DNA of 46,450 nucleotides from Candidatus Limnocylindrales bacterium. GTDB lineage: Bacteria > Moduliflexota > Moduliflexia > Moduliflexales > JAUQPW01. The translations under genes and the position numbers were made by a program. The stretch lies in assembly GCA_035559535.1 (NCBI GenBank), contig DATMBG010000002.1, positions 62,001 to 108,450 of the forward strand, in the 5' to 3' direction. Positions 37,761 through 46,450 of this stretch are shown piece by piece (the stretch's first letter is position 1; each line of letters starts with the position of its first letter). A model generated the notes under the pieces. The model saw only the letters and a list, made by a program, of their open reading frames with translations, had not been told where the DNA came from and searched no databases.

Positions 37761-40700
37761 CTATTTCAAACGGGATTCACATCGGGCATGGTCCGTTAAA
37801 ACCTGGATTCGATGAACCAGGACCTCAAAAATACCCTGGGAAACGGCCGGATAATCTTCCAGGATTTCCCAAAAACTCTCCCGGTCCAGTTTTAAACAGA
37901 GGCAATGTTCCAGGGCGCGAGCAGAGAAAAGACGGGGTTGACGCGTGAGCACCTCCAGGGTACCGAAACTTTCACCGGGTTTAACCAATTCTACGTGCCC
38001 GGAAGTTCGGTGTAATTCCACATTTCCACTCACCAGGCTAAAAATCTCTTGAGCCACCTCTCCTTCGGTAAATATAACCTGACCGGGTTGAAACTCTACT
38101 TCCTCACTTTCATTGCTAAGCAAAAGTAATTCATGGGGACCCAATCGGGAAAAAATATCGGTCTTACCCAAACTTTCTAGTTTCTGAATCGTGGTAAGGG
38201 AAAGATTTTTTTCTTGTGGATGATCGGACGTTTCCATTTGTGCGCACCTCCAATTTAAAGTTTCCTCAACCAGGGATAAATCGGGAAGGGCCTCAAGAGC
38301 CTGCTTAATGGCATCTTTCCATAAGACCAATTCAGCAGGGGTAAGATCGGCTATTGCCGCTGCAGCCGGCAGTGGATCCCGATCTAACAGATAATGGAAT
38401 AGCAGGTCTCTACGTTCGGTGGGGTTAGGCGACCTTTCCTCTCTTTGTTGATGGGGTTCTAATAAAGGGAGAATACCATTTCGATGCCTGGGGCTGAGAA
38501 TTTCATCTAAAAATTCCAAAGACGCCTCTACATAGGATCTGTTTCCCCTGAGTAAAGCCAGATAAGCATTGTAAATCCGAGTCGGTTCATAGAGTAGACC
38601 TAACAGGCGAAAAATGCGCTCACGGGTCCAAATCTGTCTTTGATATAGAACGGCCTCCATGAGCCCCTTGGGCCTTGGTGAAAAAGATCGAGCAAATTCG
38701 ATTTCTCTTTTAAGGATATCCATTTCCCATTCTAATAAGGACTCCAAAGAGGAGCGGAAAGGTTCAAGGGATTGATGTTTTTGAAGCCGGTTTAAGGCTT
38801 TAATCGCCAAAAACCGGAGAACTAAATCTGATTTCCTGGCCGTTGCCAGGAGCAGCCAGGGAACCCGGGGTCCACCAATATCTGCCAGAATCTTGAGAGC
38901 CAACTTCTTTTGCTCAAGAGATCTTCGATCGTCTTCCAATACCCGTCTGAGATGGGGAAATAGCGATTCCCCGTAACCGGTAAGTGCCGTACGAACTTCA
39001 GATCGTAACCCCGGATTTCGTAAGGCTTTTATCAAAGTTGGGGCAACACTGGAAGGGTGAGTTCGGGCAATACCGTGTAAAGCGGCCTTCCTGACTTCAG
39101 GGGAAGGATCTGATAACAATTGTTGATAAAGCTGATCCGAGAAGGCCGAAGGTCTTGCATATTCCAGAACATGGGCTATTTCTATACGGACTTCAGGATG
39201 AGACTGATCTAATGACCGGGATATCAACTCTTCCAGCTTCTTATATCCCATCTGTTGCATAGCATCTGACTCTCCATTTAATAGGGAAGCACAGGCAGCA
39301 GCTTGTAGAGCCAGGTCAGGATGCCTTAGAAAACGTTGAAATTTTCTAGTTCGACGCGAGGAACGGCAGCCCAGGTAATGAACCGCTTCAATTTGAACCC
39401 TCCGATCAGGATCCTTCAGCAAGGGTTTAACTTGATCCGAGAGATTTTCATCCTGTGAAAAGAGTACTTGCAGGGCTTTGAGTCGGATCTCTTTATCCCT
39501 ATGTTTAAGGAGAACTCCTAAATAGGATCCCAAATCATGATGGTTACTGGTTTCCAGGAGTTCTAATAAATCCAATAACGTCTGTTTTCCGGAACTCCGA
39601 AGTACCTCGGGAAGAAGGCGATAAAAATCAGGTGTAAAGAGGGTCTCTTTGACAGCTGCCAGGTCAATTTCTTCGTATTGGAGGGTGGCTTCTAACATCT
39701 GGGGATATTCACGGCGTAAAAAAACGGTGGAACCGATCCAGATCCCCAAAAGGGGTAAACTGATCCCAGCAAGGACAGAAACAGGAAGATGAGCTACCGA
39801 GAACAATAAGACCAATAACAGAGCTGCTATCCCTTCCGCCACCCGCACACCGATGATCTCAATAAGGGATTTAAGCCGGATTTTAGTAGGATCTGGAAGA
39901 ATCGTATAAAGAACTTCCAGGGAAGAACGATCAACCGAATGTTTAAAAAGCTGCTCACTTCCTTTGAGAAAGACCACCGACCATAAGGAGTTCGTGGCCA
40001 GGGTCAGGCTGTTACCAATCGCCAAAGCCAGGGGAAGGAAAGAGAGAGCGGTAGCTGCTCCCAGGCGCCTCATAATCCAAGAGGTGGCAAATATCTGGAA
40101 AATTAAGGCAGCACCTCCTAAATAGGCGTAGAAAGAACCAAAGAAAGTTGCTAATTGTTGATCTGTCGCCAATTCTCTTTGAGCAATAACCTTAAATTGG
40201 AAATCGGCAAAAGCAGAAACCAGAGTACTGATTGCTACCACCATCAGCACCAGGATAACAAACCGCCGTCGGATCTGTATGGGTTCCTTGGAGGAACTGG
40301 AATTTTCCTTACCCTCATTTTTGGGGGTAGATAGAGTCCAACTCATTACTAAGGTAAGAAACATCAAGACTGCTGCGGTTGGAAGTAAAGCCGGAACATC
40401 CCAGCCTTTGGCAATCCATTTGGAGAATAATCCTCCCATGCTTCCCCCTACAATCCCACCCGCTCCGATGATCCCTAGGGTCCGTTTAGCCTGTCGGGTC
40501 AGAAGTCGTTGATTAATCAGCGACCAAGCCTGAACAGGTGCTAACGTTCCAAAAATATCGGCCCATACAAAGAGCAAGGGAATTGCCAATCCCCATTTTT
40601 CATGGATTCCCATCCAGAGTAAGAGAGTTCCACCTATAAAAACAATCAGACAGGCGCTTATGGCCCAACCTAGGGAAAAAACCCTATACAAACGCAGATA

Positions 40701-40910
40701 GGTAACGGTAACTAAGGAAGTGGTAAGGGTGGTAAGAACCTCAAAATAAGGTAATACCCACGTTGAATAGTGGCTAAGAAAGAGGGCATCCCGAGCCGAT
40801 TTAAGAACAATGAAAGCAGCAATCACGGTGAAGAGCAAAAACGCAAAGAGAAAACTCAGCCCTCGCTCCTCTGTTTTCAACGGAGAAAGGATATTCAACT
40901 GGATTCTCAT
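37761..40910 (-). CDS. NTT/Npt1-like (TLC) MFS transporter fused to HEAT repeats and a C-terminal cNMP-binding domain
   Basis: About 12 TM segments with K.ARDALFL, QAKR..G.IGAGG..GG, DFQFK, F...YAY. HEAT-like repeats (DPDRRVQIEAV, DPSPEVRKAAL). cNMP fold (IFTEGE...IFSLVSGNVEL, PGESFG...PR). Confidence 0.88.
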   Translation of the reverse strand: MRIQLNILSPLKTEERGLSFLFAFLLFTVIAAFIVLKSARDALFLSHYSTWVLPYFEVLTTLTTSLVTVTYLRLYRVFSLGWAISACLIVFIGGTLLLWMGIHEKWGLAIPLLFVWADIFGTLAPVQAWSLINQRLLTRQAKRTLGIIGAGGIVGGSMGGLFSKWIAKGWDVPALLPTAAVLMFLTLVMSWTLSTPKNEGKENSSSSKEPIQIRRRFVILVLMVVAISTLVSAFADFQFKVIAQRELATDQQLATFFGSFYAYLGGAALIFQIFATSWIMRRLGAATALSFLPLALAIGNSLTLATNSLWSVVFLKGSEQLFKHSVDRSSLEVLYTILPDPTKIRLKSLIEIIGVRVAEGIAALLLVLLFSVAHLPVSVLAGISLPLLGIWIGSTVFLRREYPQMLEATLQYEEIDLAAVKETLFTPDFYRLLPEVLRSSGKQTLLDLLELLETSNHHDLGSYLGVLLKHRDKEIRLKALQVLFSQDENLSDQVKPLLKDPDRRVQIEAVHYLGCRSSRRTRKFQRFLRHPDLALQAAACASLLNGESDAMQQMGYKKLEELISRSLDQSHPEVRIEIAHVLEYARPSAFSDQLYQQLLSDPSPEVRKAALHGIARTHPSSVAPTLIKALRNPGLRSEVRTALTGYGESLFPHLRRVLEDDRRSLEQKKLALKILADIGGPRVPWLLLATARKSDLVLRFLAIKALNRLQKHQSLEPFRSSLESLLEWEMDILKREIEFARSFSPRPKGLMEAVLYQRQIWTRERIFRLLGLLYEPTRIYNAYLALLRGNRSYVEASLEFLDEILSPRHRNGILPLLEPHQQREERSPNPTERRDLLFHYLLDRDPLPAAAAIADLTPAELVLWKDAIKQALEALPDLSLVEETLNWRCAQMETSDHPQEKNLSLTTIQKLESLGKTDIFSRLGPHELLLLSNESEEVEFQPGQVIFTEGEVAQEIFSLVSGNVELHRTSGHVELVKPGESFGTLEVLTRQPRLFSARALEHCLCLKLDRESFWEILEDYPAVSQGIFEVLVHRIQVLTDHARCESRLK

Positions 40911-41027
40911 TTCTTTTTAGAAAAAAATTCTCTTAAAAAGACCTAAAGTTTCAGATACTCAAATTAAATACTCTAAGATCTCAAGGAACCTCTCTTTTCT
41001 CTAAATATCCATCTAAATTTCTCAGCC

Positions 41028-41043
41028 AGCAAGAATTATGCCC
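41028..41043 (-). promoter_or_regulatory. Putative sigma54 (-24/-12) promoter
   Basis: Minus strand reads GGGCATAATTCTTGCT (GG-N10-GC with GGCA and TTGC), about 120 bp upstream of the transporter ATG. Confidence 0.6.
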
Positions 41044-41183
41044 ATCAGGCTTGAAGAGGACATAAGAGAATTATCTATACTCTCAACCGGCTAAGAGGTC
41101 TTGCCCAGATGAGATCTAGAATAAGGACCGGGTCACCCACAAGAAATTTCCCTTGAATTTGAATTCCAGGCTATGAAAAACAC

Positions 41184-41212
41184 TTGATCCTGAAGGTCAG
41201 ATCATTTATACT
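41184..41212 (+). promoter_or_regulatory. Putative sigma70 promoter
   Basis: TTGATC-17 nt-TATACT, about 355 bp upstream of the kinase ATG. Confidence 0.5.
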
Positions 41213-41567
41213 CTATAATGACCTAAATCCATAAAAGGAATTGACTGAATACCTCCCCTGTAAACTGCGTGGAAGAGTCCATCTGCAGAGGACAAAATTC
41301 TTCCTGCCGAAACGATTAGAGCTTTAAAGCCCCTTAAACAATTTTCTCAGGTCTTTAAATGGTCTGAGAATGAACGGTACATAGGATGAAAGTCTTATAA
41401 AATTTACCAGGCTTGACGAAGCCGAATCCAGGATAGTGTATATTATAAAGGTATCAACCTTGCATCTGGTTTTGATTCCATAGTTCTGCAAAGGTTGAAG
41501 GAACCAACTTTATAGTGAACGGCCCTACCTTCTGTAAAACCAGGGGTATCGGATAACCGATGAAGTC

Positions 41568-43958
41568 ATGATAGGTCAGATGATTTCACATTATAGAATC
41601 CTTCAAAAACTCGGTCAAGGGGGTATGGCAGAAGTCTATCTGGCCGAAGATACGAGACTTCACCGTCAGGTTGCCCTAAAATTTCTTTCCTCTTCCCTGA
41701 GGGGGGATGAAGAAATCCGAACCCGTTTTGAGCGAGAAGCCCAAGCGACAGCCACTCTCCACCATCCTAATATTGTTGTTATCCATGAATTGGGCGAGTT
41801 CGAAGGGCGATTCTATATCGTCATGGAATATGTAGAAGGAGAATTATTGCGAGAACTCATCGATAAAAGGACCCTCTCGCTTCAGGAAGCCCTGGGCATT
41901 ACCATACAAATTTGTGATGGGTTAAGTAAAGCCCACCAGGCAGGGATTATACATCGAGATATCAAACCGGAGAATATCGTTCTGAGTCAGGATGGTTGGG
42001 TGAAGATCCTGGATTTTGGTCTGGCCAAGTTGCAAGGAGCCAGCAAACTTACCGAGGAGGCCTTCACCCTGGGTACTGTTGATTATATGTCTCCGGAACA
42101 AGCCCAGGGAGAGTCTATCGACCATCGAACGGATATCTGGTCTTTAGGCGTGGTACTTTATGAAATGGTCACCGGTAAACTTCCTTTTTACTCAGAGTCT
42201 AAAATGGCCGTTCTTTACCAGATTGTTAATGAAGAGCCCCACCTGCTACCTTTGGTCGATGCCGGAATGCCCAGGGAGTTAGAAATCATCTTGAAAAAGG
42301 CCCTGCAGAAAAATCGTGAAAAGCGCTATCAATCGGTAGATGAATTCAAAGCAGATTTGAGATCCCTCCAGAAAGGAAGGAGTTTAGAAGCTCCCATTAA
42401 ATTGATCGCTAAAACAGAGCCTCGCCGGAGAAAGCAGTTTTATTTTTATTTTATTTTGATGGGCACCCTGGCTTTACTTATCGGGGGAGGAGGCTATATT
42501 TTCAAGTCTGAACTCATCAATTTGGGATTGCAAATTTTAAATACCCGTCTACAATCCCCGGGACCGATTTACCTGGATAAATATCGGATTGCCGTATTGC
42601 CCTTCGCCAGTATCAGCCCTGATCCAAAGGATGAATATTTTGCCGACGGGATAACAGAAGAGCTTATTTCAACCCTTTCAAAAATCGACGATCTCAGTGT
42701 CATCGCCCGTACTTCTGTTATGCCTTATAAAGGTACCACCAAAAGTATTGCCGAAATCGGACAGGAGTTAAGGGTTGGAACCATCCTTGAGGGTAGTGTT
42801 CGCAAAGCAGAAAATAAGTTACGGATCACCGTGCAACTCATAGATGTACAAAGCCAGGCCCATCTGTGGTCCCAGGAATATGATCGAGAGTTTAAGGAGG
42901 TATTTGTCATCCAAAGCAATATTGCCCAGAGGGTTGCAGAGGCATTAAAAGTACAACTCATGGTAGGAGAAAAGCGACAGATCGAAAGGCAGGCAACAGA
43001 GAATGTGGAAGCCTATACCTGGTACTTGAGGGGAAGATATTTTCAGGGCAAAAGGACTGAGGAAGGATTAAAGACGAGTATTGAATACTTTGAGCGGGCG
43101 ATCGAAAAAGATCCGTTTTATGCCTTGGCCTATTCGGGACTGGCCGATTCGTATAACTTACTGGCCATTTATGGTTATCTTTCTCCCAAGGAAGCTTACC
43201 CCAAGGTAAAAATGGCAGCAGGAATGGCCTTAGAAATGGACGACTCCCTGGCTGAAGCCCATACCTCCCTGGCTTTTACCAAACATCGTTTCGATTGGGA
43301 CTGGTTGGGAGCCGAGAGGGAGTTCAAGCGTGCCATTCGGTCCAATCCCAGCTATGCTTCAGCGCATCACTGGTATTCACTCCTTTTGAGCCAGATGGGA
43401 CGGACCGAAGAGAGCTTCGCAGCAATTAAACGGGCTCAGGAGTTGGATCCCCTCTCCTTGGTCATAAATACCGATTTAGGAACTTACTTCTATTATACCC
43501 GACAATACGACCAGGCGATTGCATACTATCAGAAAACCCTTGAAATGAGCCCGGACTTTGCCCGGGTGTATCTGGATCTGGGTACAACTTATGAGCAAAA
43601 GGGAATGTATAAAGAAGCCATTGCGACCTTCCAAAAAGGCGTTATGCTTTCCGGAGGTAATTCACTGATGATGGCATCGCTGGGACACGCCTATGCCGTA
43701 TCGGGTAGACGAGAGGAAGCACGAAAAATCCTCCATGAGCTACAACATCAAACCAATCAGGAGTATATCGTACCCTATGCCGTTGCACTCATTTATATCG
43801 GTCTTAATGAAAAGGACCAGGCTTTCCAGTGGTTAGAAAAAGCTTATGAAGAACGCTCCGGTTGGTTGGTGTTCCTCAAGGTAAATCCCCTACTCGATCC
43901 CCTGCAAAGCGACCCGAGATTCGGCGAATTACTCAAAAAGATAGGTCTGGAAAAGTGA
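41568..43958 (+). CDS. Hanks-type Ser/Thr protein kinase with hydrophobic segment, TolB-N-like domain and TPR repeats
   Basis: LGQGGMAEV, VALK, HRDIKPEN, DFG, YMSPE. IAVLPF...EYFADGITEELI. Multiple TPRs. Confidence 0.95.
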   Translation: MIGQMISHYRILQKLGQGGMAEVYLAEDTRLHRQVALKFLSSSLRGDEEIRTRFEREAQATATLHHPNIVVIHELGEFEGRFYIVMEYVEGELLRELIDKRTLSLQEALGITIQICDGLSKAHQAGIIHRDIKPENIVLSQDGWVKILDFGLAKLQGASKLTEEAFTLGTVDYMSPEQAQGESIDHRTDIWSLGVVLYEMVTGKLPFYSESKMAVLYQIVNEEPHLLPLVDAGMPRELEIILKKALQKNREKRYQSVDEFKADLRSLQKGRSLEAPIKLIAKTEPRRRKQFYFYFILMGTLALLIGGGGYIFKSELINLGLQILNTRLQSPGPIYLDKYRIAVLPFASISPDPKDEYFADGITEELISTLSKIDDLSVIARTSVMPYKGTTKSIAEIGQELRVGTILEGSVRKAENKLRITVQLIDVQSQAHLWSQEYDREFKEVFVIQSNIAQRVAEALKVQLMVGEKRQIERQATENVEAYTWYLRGRYFQGKRTEEGLKTSIEYFERAIEKDPFYALAYSGLADSYNLLAIYGYLSPKEAYPKVKMAAGMALEMDDSLAEAHTSLAFTKHRFDWDWLGAEREFKRAIRSNPSYASAHHWYSLLLSQMGRTEESFAAIKRAQELDPLSLVINTDLGTYFYYTRQYDQAIAYYQKTLEMSPDFARVYLDLGTTYEQKGMYKEAIATFQKGVMLSGGNSLMMASLGHAYAVSGRREEARKILHELQHQTNQEYIVPYAVALIYIGLNEKDQAFQWLEKAYEERSGWLVFLKVNPLLDPLQSDPRFGELLKKIGLEK

Positions 43959-44105
43959 AGAGCGGGATTGTAAAAGTCCTCTCAGGGATTAATAACCTGA
44001 TAAGCCGTTTTCTGGTATGGCGAAAAATAGAAAATGGATTATCTTCTTAACAGGGAAAAGATATTTTGAAATGGGTCTTTAAAAAAGAAGCGAGGGTTCT
44101 ACTTT

Positions 44106-45104
44106 ATGGTTTTTGTGGTTCTTCTGGCGCTTTTACTGGCATTGGTCTTTGATTACATCAATGGATTTCACGATGCTGCCAACTCTATAGCTACTGTAGT
44201 TTCAACGCGTGTCCTATCCCCCAAACAGGCCGTTGTTTGGGCGGCATTTTTTAATTTTGTGGCCGCTTTTGGCTTTGGGGTTCATGTAGCTAACACCATT
44301 GGAAAAGGGATTATTACCCCCGGGATTGTAACAGAGTACGTTATTTTAGCCGGGCTTATAGGAGCCATTACGTGGAATTTACTAACCTGGTATTATGGAA
44401 TACCCAGCAGTTCTTCCCACGCTTTAATCGGAGGATTTATAGGAGCAGCCATAATCAAAGGCGGACCAGGAGTCCTTATCTGGAGCGGGTTATCTAAAAT
44501 CCTCCTTTTTATTGTGCTATCCCCCCTTATCGGTATGATCTTAGGGTTTAGTTTCATGGTTGCTACTTACTGGATTTTTCGAAACTTTTCACCCTGGATG
44601 GTTGATACCTATTTTCGTAAATTGCAACTGGTTTCGGCGGGGTTGTATAGTTTAGGTCATGGAACCAATGATGCCCAGAAGACCATGGGGATTATTTCCA
44701 TTCTGCTATTCAGCGCCGGATGGTTGGGGGATACTTTCTATGTACCTTTCTGGGTGGTTCTTCTCAGCCATGCAGCCATTGCTTTGGGGACCTTAGCCGG
44801 TGGATGGCGAATTGTTCGAACCATGGGAACCAAAATAACCAAATTAAGACCGGTGGGGGGATTTTGTGCAGAAACTGCAGGGGCCATAACCCTCATAGGA
44901 GCCGCTACGGCAGGTATTCCCATCAGCACGACCCATACTATAACTGGTGCCATTATCGGTGTAGGAGCCACCACCCGTTTGTCGGCCGTTCGATGGGGAG
45001 TAGCCCGGGAAATCGTCTGGGCCTGGATATTAACCATCCCTTTGTCCGCTCTCATCGCGGGTATCTCGTATTTTTTAATTGAACAGATCCGCTCGATTTT
45101 TTAA
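44106..45104 (+). CDS. pit: Inorganic phosphate transporter, PiT family
   Basis: NGFHDAANSIATVV, PSSSSHALIG, HGTNDAQKTMG, GIPISTTH. Confidence 0.95.
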   Translation: MVFVVLLALLLALVFDYINGFHDAANSIATVVSTRVLSPKQAVVWAAFFNFVAAFGFGVHVANTIGKGIITPGIVTEYVILAGLIGAITWNLLTWYYGIPSSSSHALIGGFIGAAIIKGGPGVLIWSGLSKILLFIVLSPLIGMILGFSFMVATYWIFRNFSPWMVDTYFRKLQLVSAGLYSLGHGTNDAQKTMGIISILLFSAGWLGDTFYVPFWVVLLSHAAIALGTLAGGWRIVRTMGTKITKLRPVGGFCAETAGAITLIGAATAGIPISTTHTITGAIIGVGATTRLSAVRWGVAREIVWAWILTIPLSALIAGISYFLIEQIRSIF

Positions 45105-45116
45105 AAGGAGGCTTGG

Positions 45117-45761
45117 ATGCTAAATCATTTTATTAAGTTATTGTTACCCCCCAGTGATCAATTTTTACCTTTATTAGAAGAGGCAGCTCAAAACCTGTGG
45201 GCGGGGGCCCAGGTCCTAAAAAAACTCAGTTTTGCCCAATCAGAAGAGGAAATTTTTAAAATTGTTCGGGAACTCAAGGATGTGGAACATCGGGGAGATG
45301 AAATTACACGAACCATCCTTGAAGATCTTAACCAGACCTTCGTAACCCCGCTGGATCGAGAAGATATCCACGCTTTAACAACCTCTCTGGATGATGTCCT
45401 CGACTACCTCTACGCCTGCGGGGAGCACATCCAGTTATTTAAGCTAAAAGCCCTGACGGAAGATATGAAGAACCTCGTCAGTATCATTGGGGAGTGCACC
45501 GAGGAACTTCGCAAAGCTGTCCCTCTTTTAAAAAATTTGCGAAACTCCGACCAGATTAAAACACGTTGTATCCGATTAAGCAAGTTAGAAACCGAAGGAG
45601 ACGATGCCTTTCGGCAGGCTATGTCCAGGCTTTTTGAGAAAATTGAAGATCCTGTAGAAATTATAAAACAGAAAGATATTTTGGAAGCTATGGAAAATGC
45701 CATAGATAAATGTCGTGATGCAGCAGATGTTCTTTGGGGGGTTGTTATCAGTAACGCCTAG
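45117..45761 (+). CDS. DUF47/PhoU-like phosphate transport regulator
   Basis: EHRGD, TFVTPLDREDI, LETEGD, E.AID.C.D. Adjacent to pit. Confidence 0.92.
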   Translation: MLNHFIKLLLPPSDQFLPLLEEAAQNLWAGAQVLKKLSFAQSEEEIFKIVRELKDVEHRGDEITRTILEDLNQTFVTPLDREDIHALTTSLDDVLDYLYACGEHIQLFKLKALTEDMKNLVSIIGECTEELRKAVPLLKNLRNSDQIKTRCIRLSKLETEGDDAFRQAMSRLFEKIEDPVEIIKQKDILEAMENAIDKCRDAADVLWGVVISNA

Positions 45762-46117
45762 GTAGCTTCCTGAAACTCATAATACGAAACCCTCAAGAAC
45801 CGATTAAGAATCTCTTCAAGTTTTTGTCTAGAAATGAAACCCTGGATCCTCACCAAAGGAATTTCTCCATCCAGGAGAAGCAAAGTCGGTAAAGAAAATA
45901 CCTCATAGTCAACTAAAAGTTGATTTGTTGGGTATTCTTCAACATTGATCTGCCTGAACTCCAGTTCTCCTTTATAAGAATTCCTGAGCTCTGAGAGAAC
46001 AAGAGCTAAAGATCGAGAAACCCGGCAAGCAGGAGCATGAAAATGGAGTAAAAGAAGAGGGGCTGTCAGGGTAGCAGCCTTCTTGGAAATCTTTTTACAA
46101 TCGGTTAATACATTCAT
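45758..46117 (-). CDS. Thioredoxin-fold protein with atypical CxxS site
   Basis: LLHFHAPACRVS, INVEE, YEVFSLPTLLLL (cis-Pro), RIQG. AAGGAGG RBS. Confidence 0.75.
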   Translation of the reverse strand: MNVLTDCKKISKKAATLTAPLLLLHFHAPACRVSRSLALVLSELRNSYKGELEFRQINVEEYPTNQLLVDYEVFSLPTLLLLDGEIPLVRIQGFISRQKLEEILNRFLRVSYYEFQEAT

Positions 46118-46313
46118 ACAAAAATTCCTCCTTTCGGCTTTCGAAAAGTTAAGCTAATTCCTTATCTTACATCTTAAGTATAAAGTGTAATTATTAACCC
46201 TTTATGATGGAGGGATTATGTTTTAGTAACCCTTTTCAGAAAGATTAAGGGGTTGACAGGGTTAGGAGACAGACATCTATTAATAGATGGATGGAAAAAT
46301 ACTGGTTCAAACC

Positions 46314-46450
46314 TACTGATCTTTGCATAAATTGCTAATAATCTCTAGCTATAAGTTAGACAGGGAAGTAAAATAAATTTTATGAAACTGACCCTGTCAA
46401 ACCAAACTAAGGATTGGCGCGAAGGCCGCCGTCTTCGCGCCTTGGAACTC
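46314..46450 (+). mobile_element. Left end of an IS630-family insertion sequence (truncated by the window end)
   Basis: TA dinucleotide followed by putative IRL CTGATCTTTGCATAAA, then the start of a transposase-like ORF. Confidence 0.65.
46382..46450 (+). CDS. IS630-type transposase, N-terminal HTH fragment
   Basis: Translates MKLTLSNQTKDWREGRRLRALEL and is open to the window end. WREGRRLRAxEL is the N-terminus I recognise from IS630-family wHTH transposases. Not in the ORF track. Confidence 0.7.
   Translation, partial: MKLTLSNQTKDWREGRRLRALEL

Noticed and set aside
44106-45761. pit-DUF47 gene order as unusual
   Set aside because: The pairing is well known, and the order alone is not informative.

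Overview
A 46 kb chromosomal window from a diderm bacterium (outer-membrane beta-barrel, lipoproteins, a sigma54-type promoter; GC roughly mid-40s by eye). It holds about 33 protein-coding genes. Most are recognisable housekeeping or accessory enzymes: nnr, two SDRs, glyoxylate reductase, YyaL-like, MarR, AlkA, FAH, S9 peptidase, Uma2, UbiD, DUF3500, SppA, malate synthase, a D,D-peptidase, two amidases, an Nramp-like transporter, PiT/DUF47 and a thioredoxin. I found no rRNA, tRNA, CRISPR array, reverse transcriptase or prophage. The window ends inside an IS630-type transposase that the ORF track missed. The best candidates for undescribed biology are: (1) a 1656-aa orphan with an embedded alpha/beta-hydrolase-like domain whose nucleophile elbow has Asp (CYDLG), divergent from a GT-B glycosyltransferase-like gene; (2) an NTT/Npt1-like transporter-HEAT-cNMP fusion with a putative sigma54 promoter and an internal Shine-Dalgarno/ATG that could release a free cNMP-domain protein, divergent from a Ser/Thr kinase-TPR gene with a long structured leader; (3) an FAH enzyme with a signal peptide; (4) an amidase + small subunit / Nramp-like / REP-bracketed amidase cluster; (5) many REP-like palindromes and inverted heptamer/octamer arrays, one apparently translated in frame inside nnr. 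All family calls come from motif recognition by eye, not database searches.
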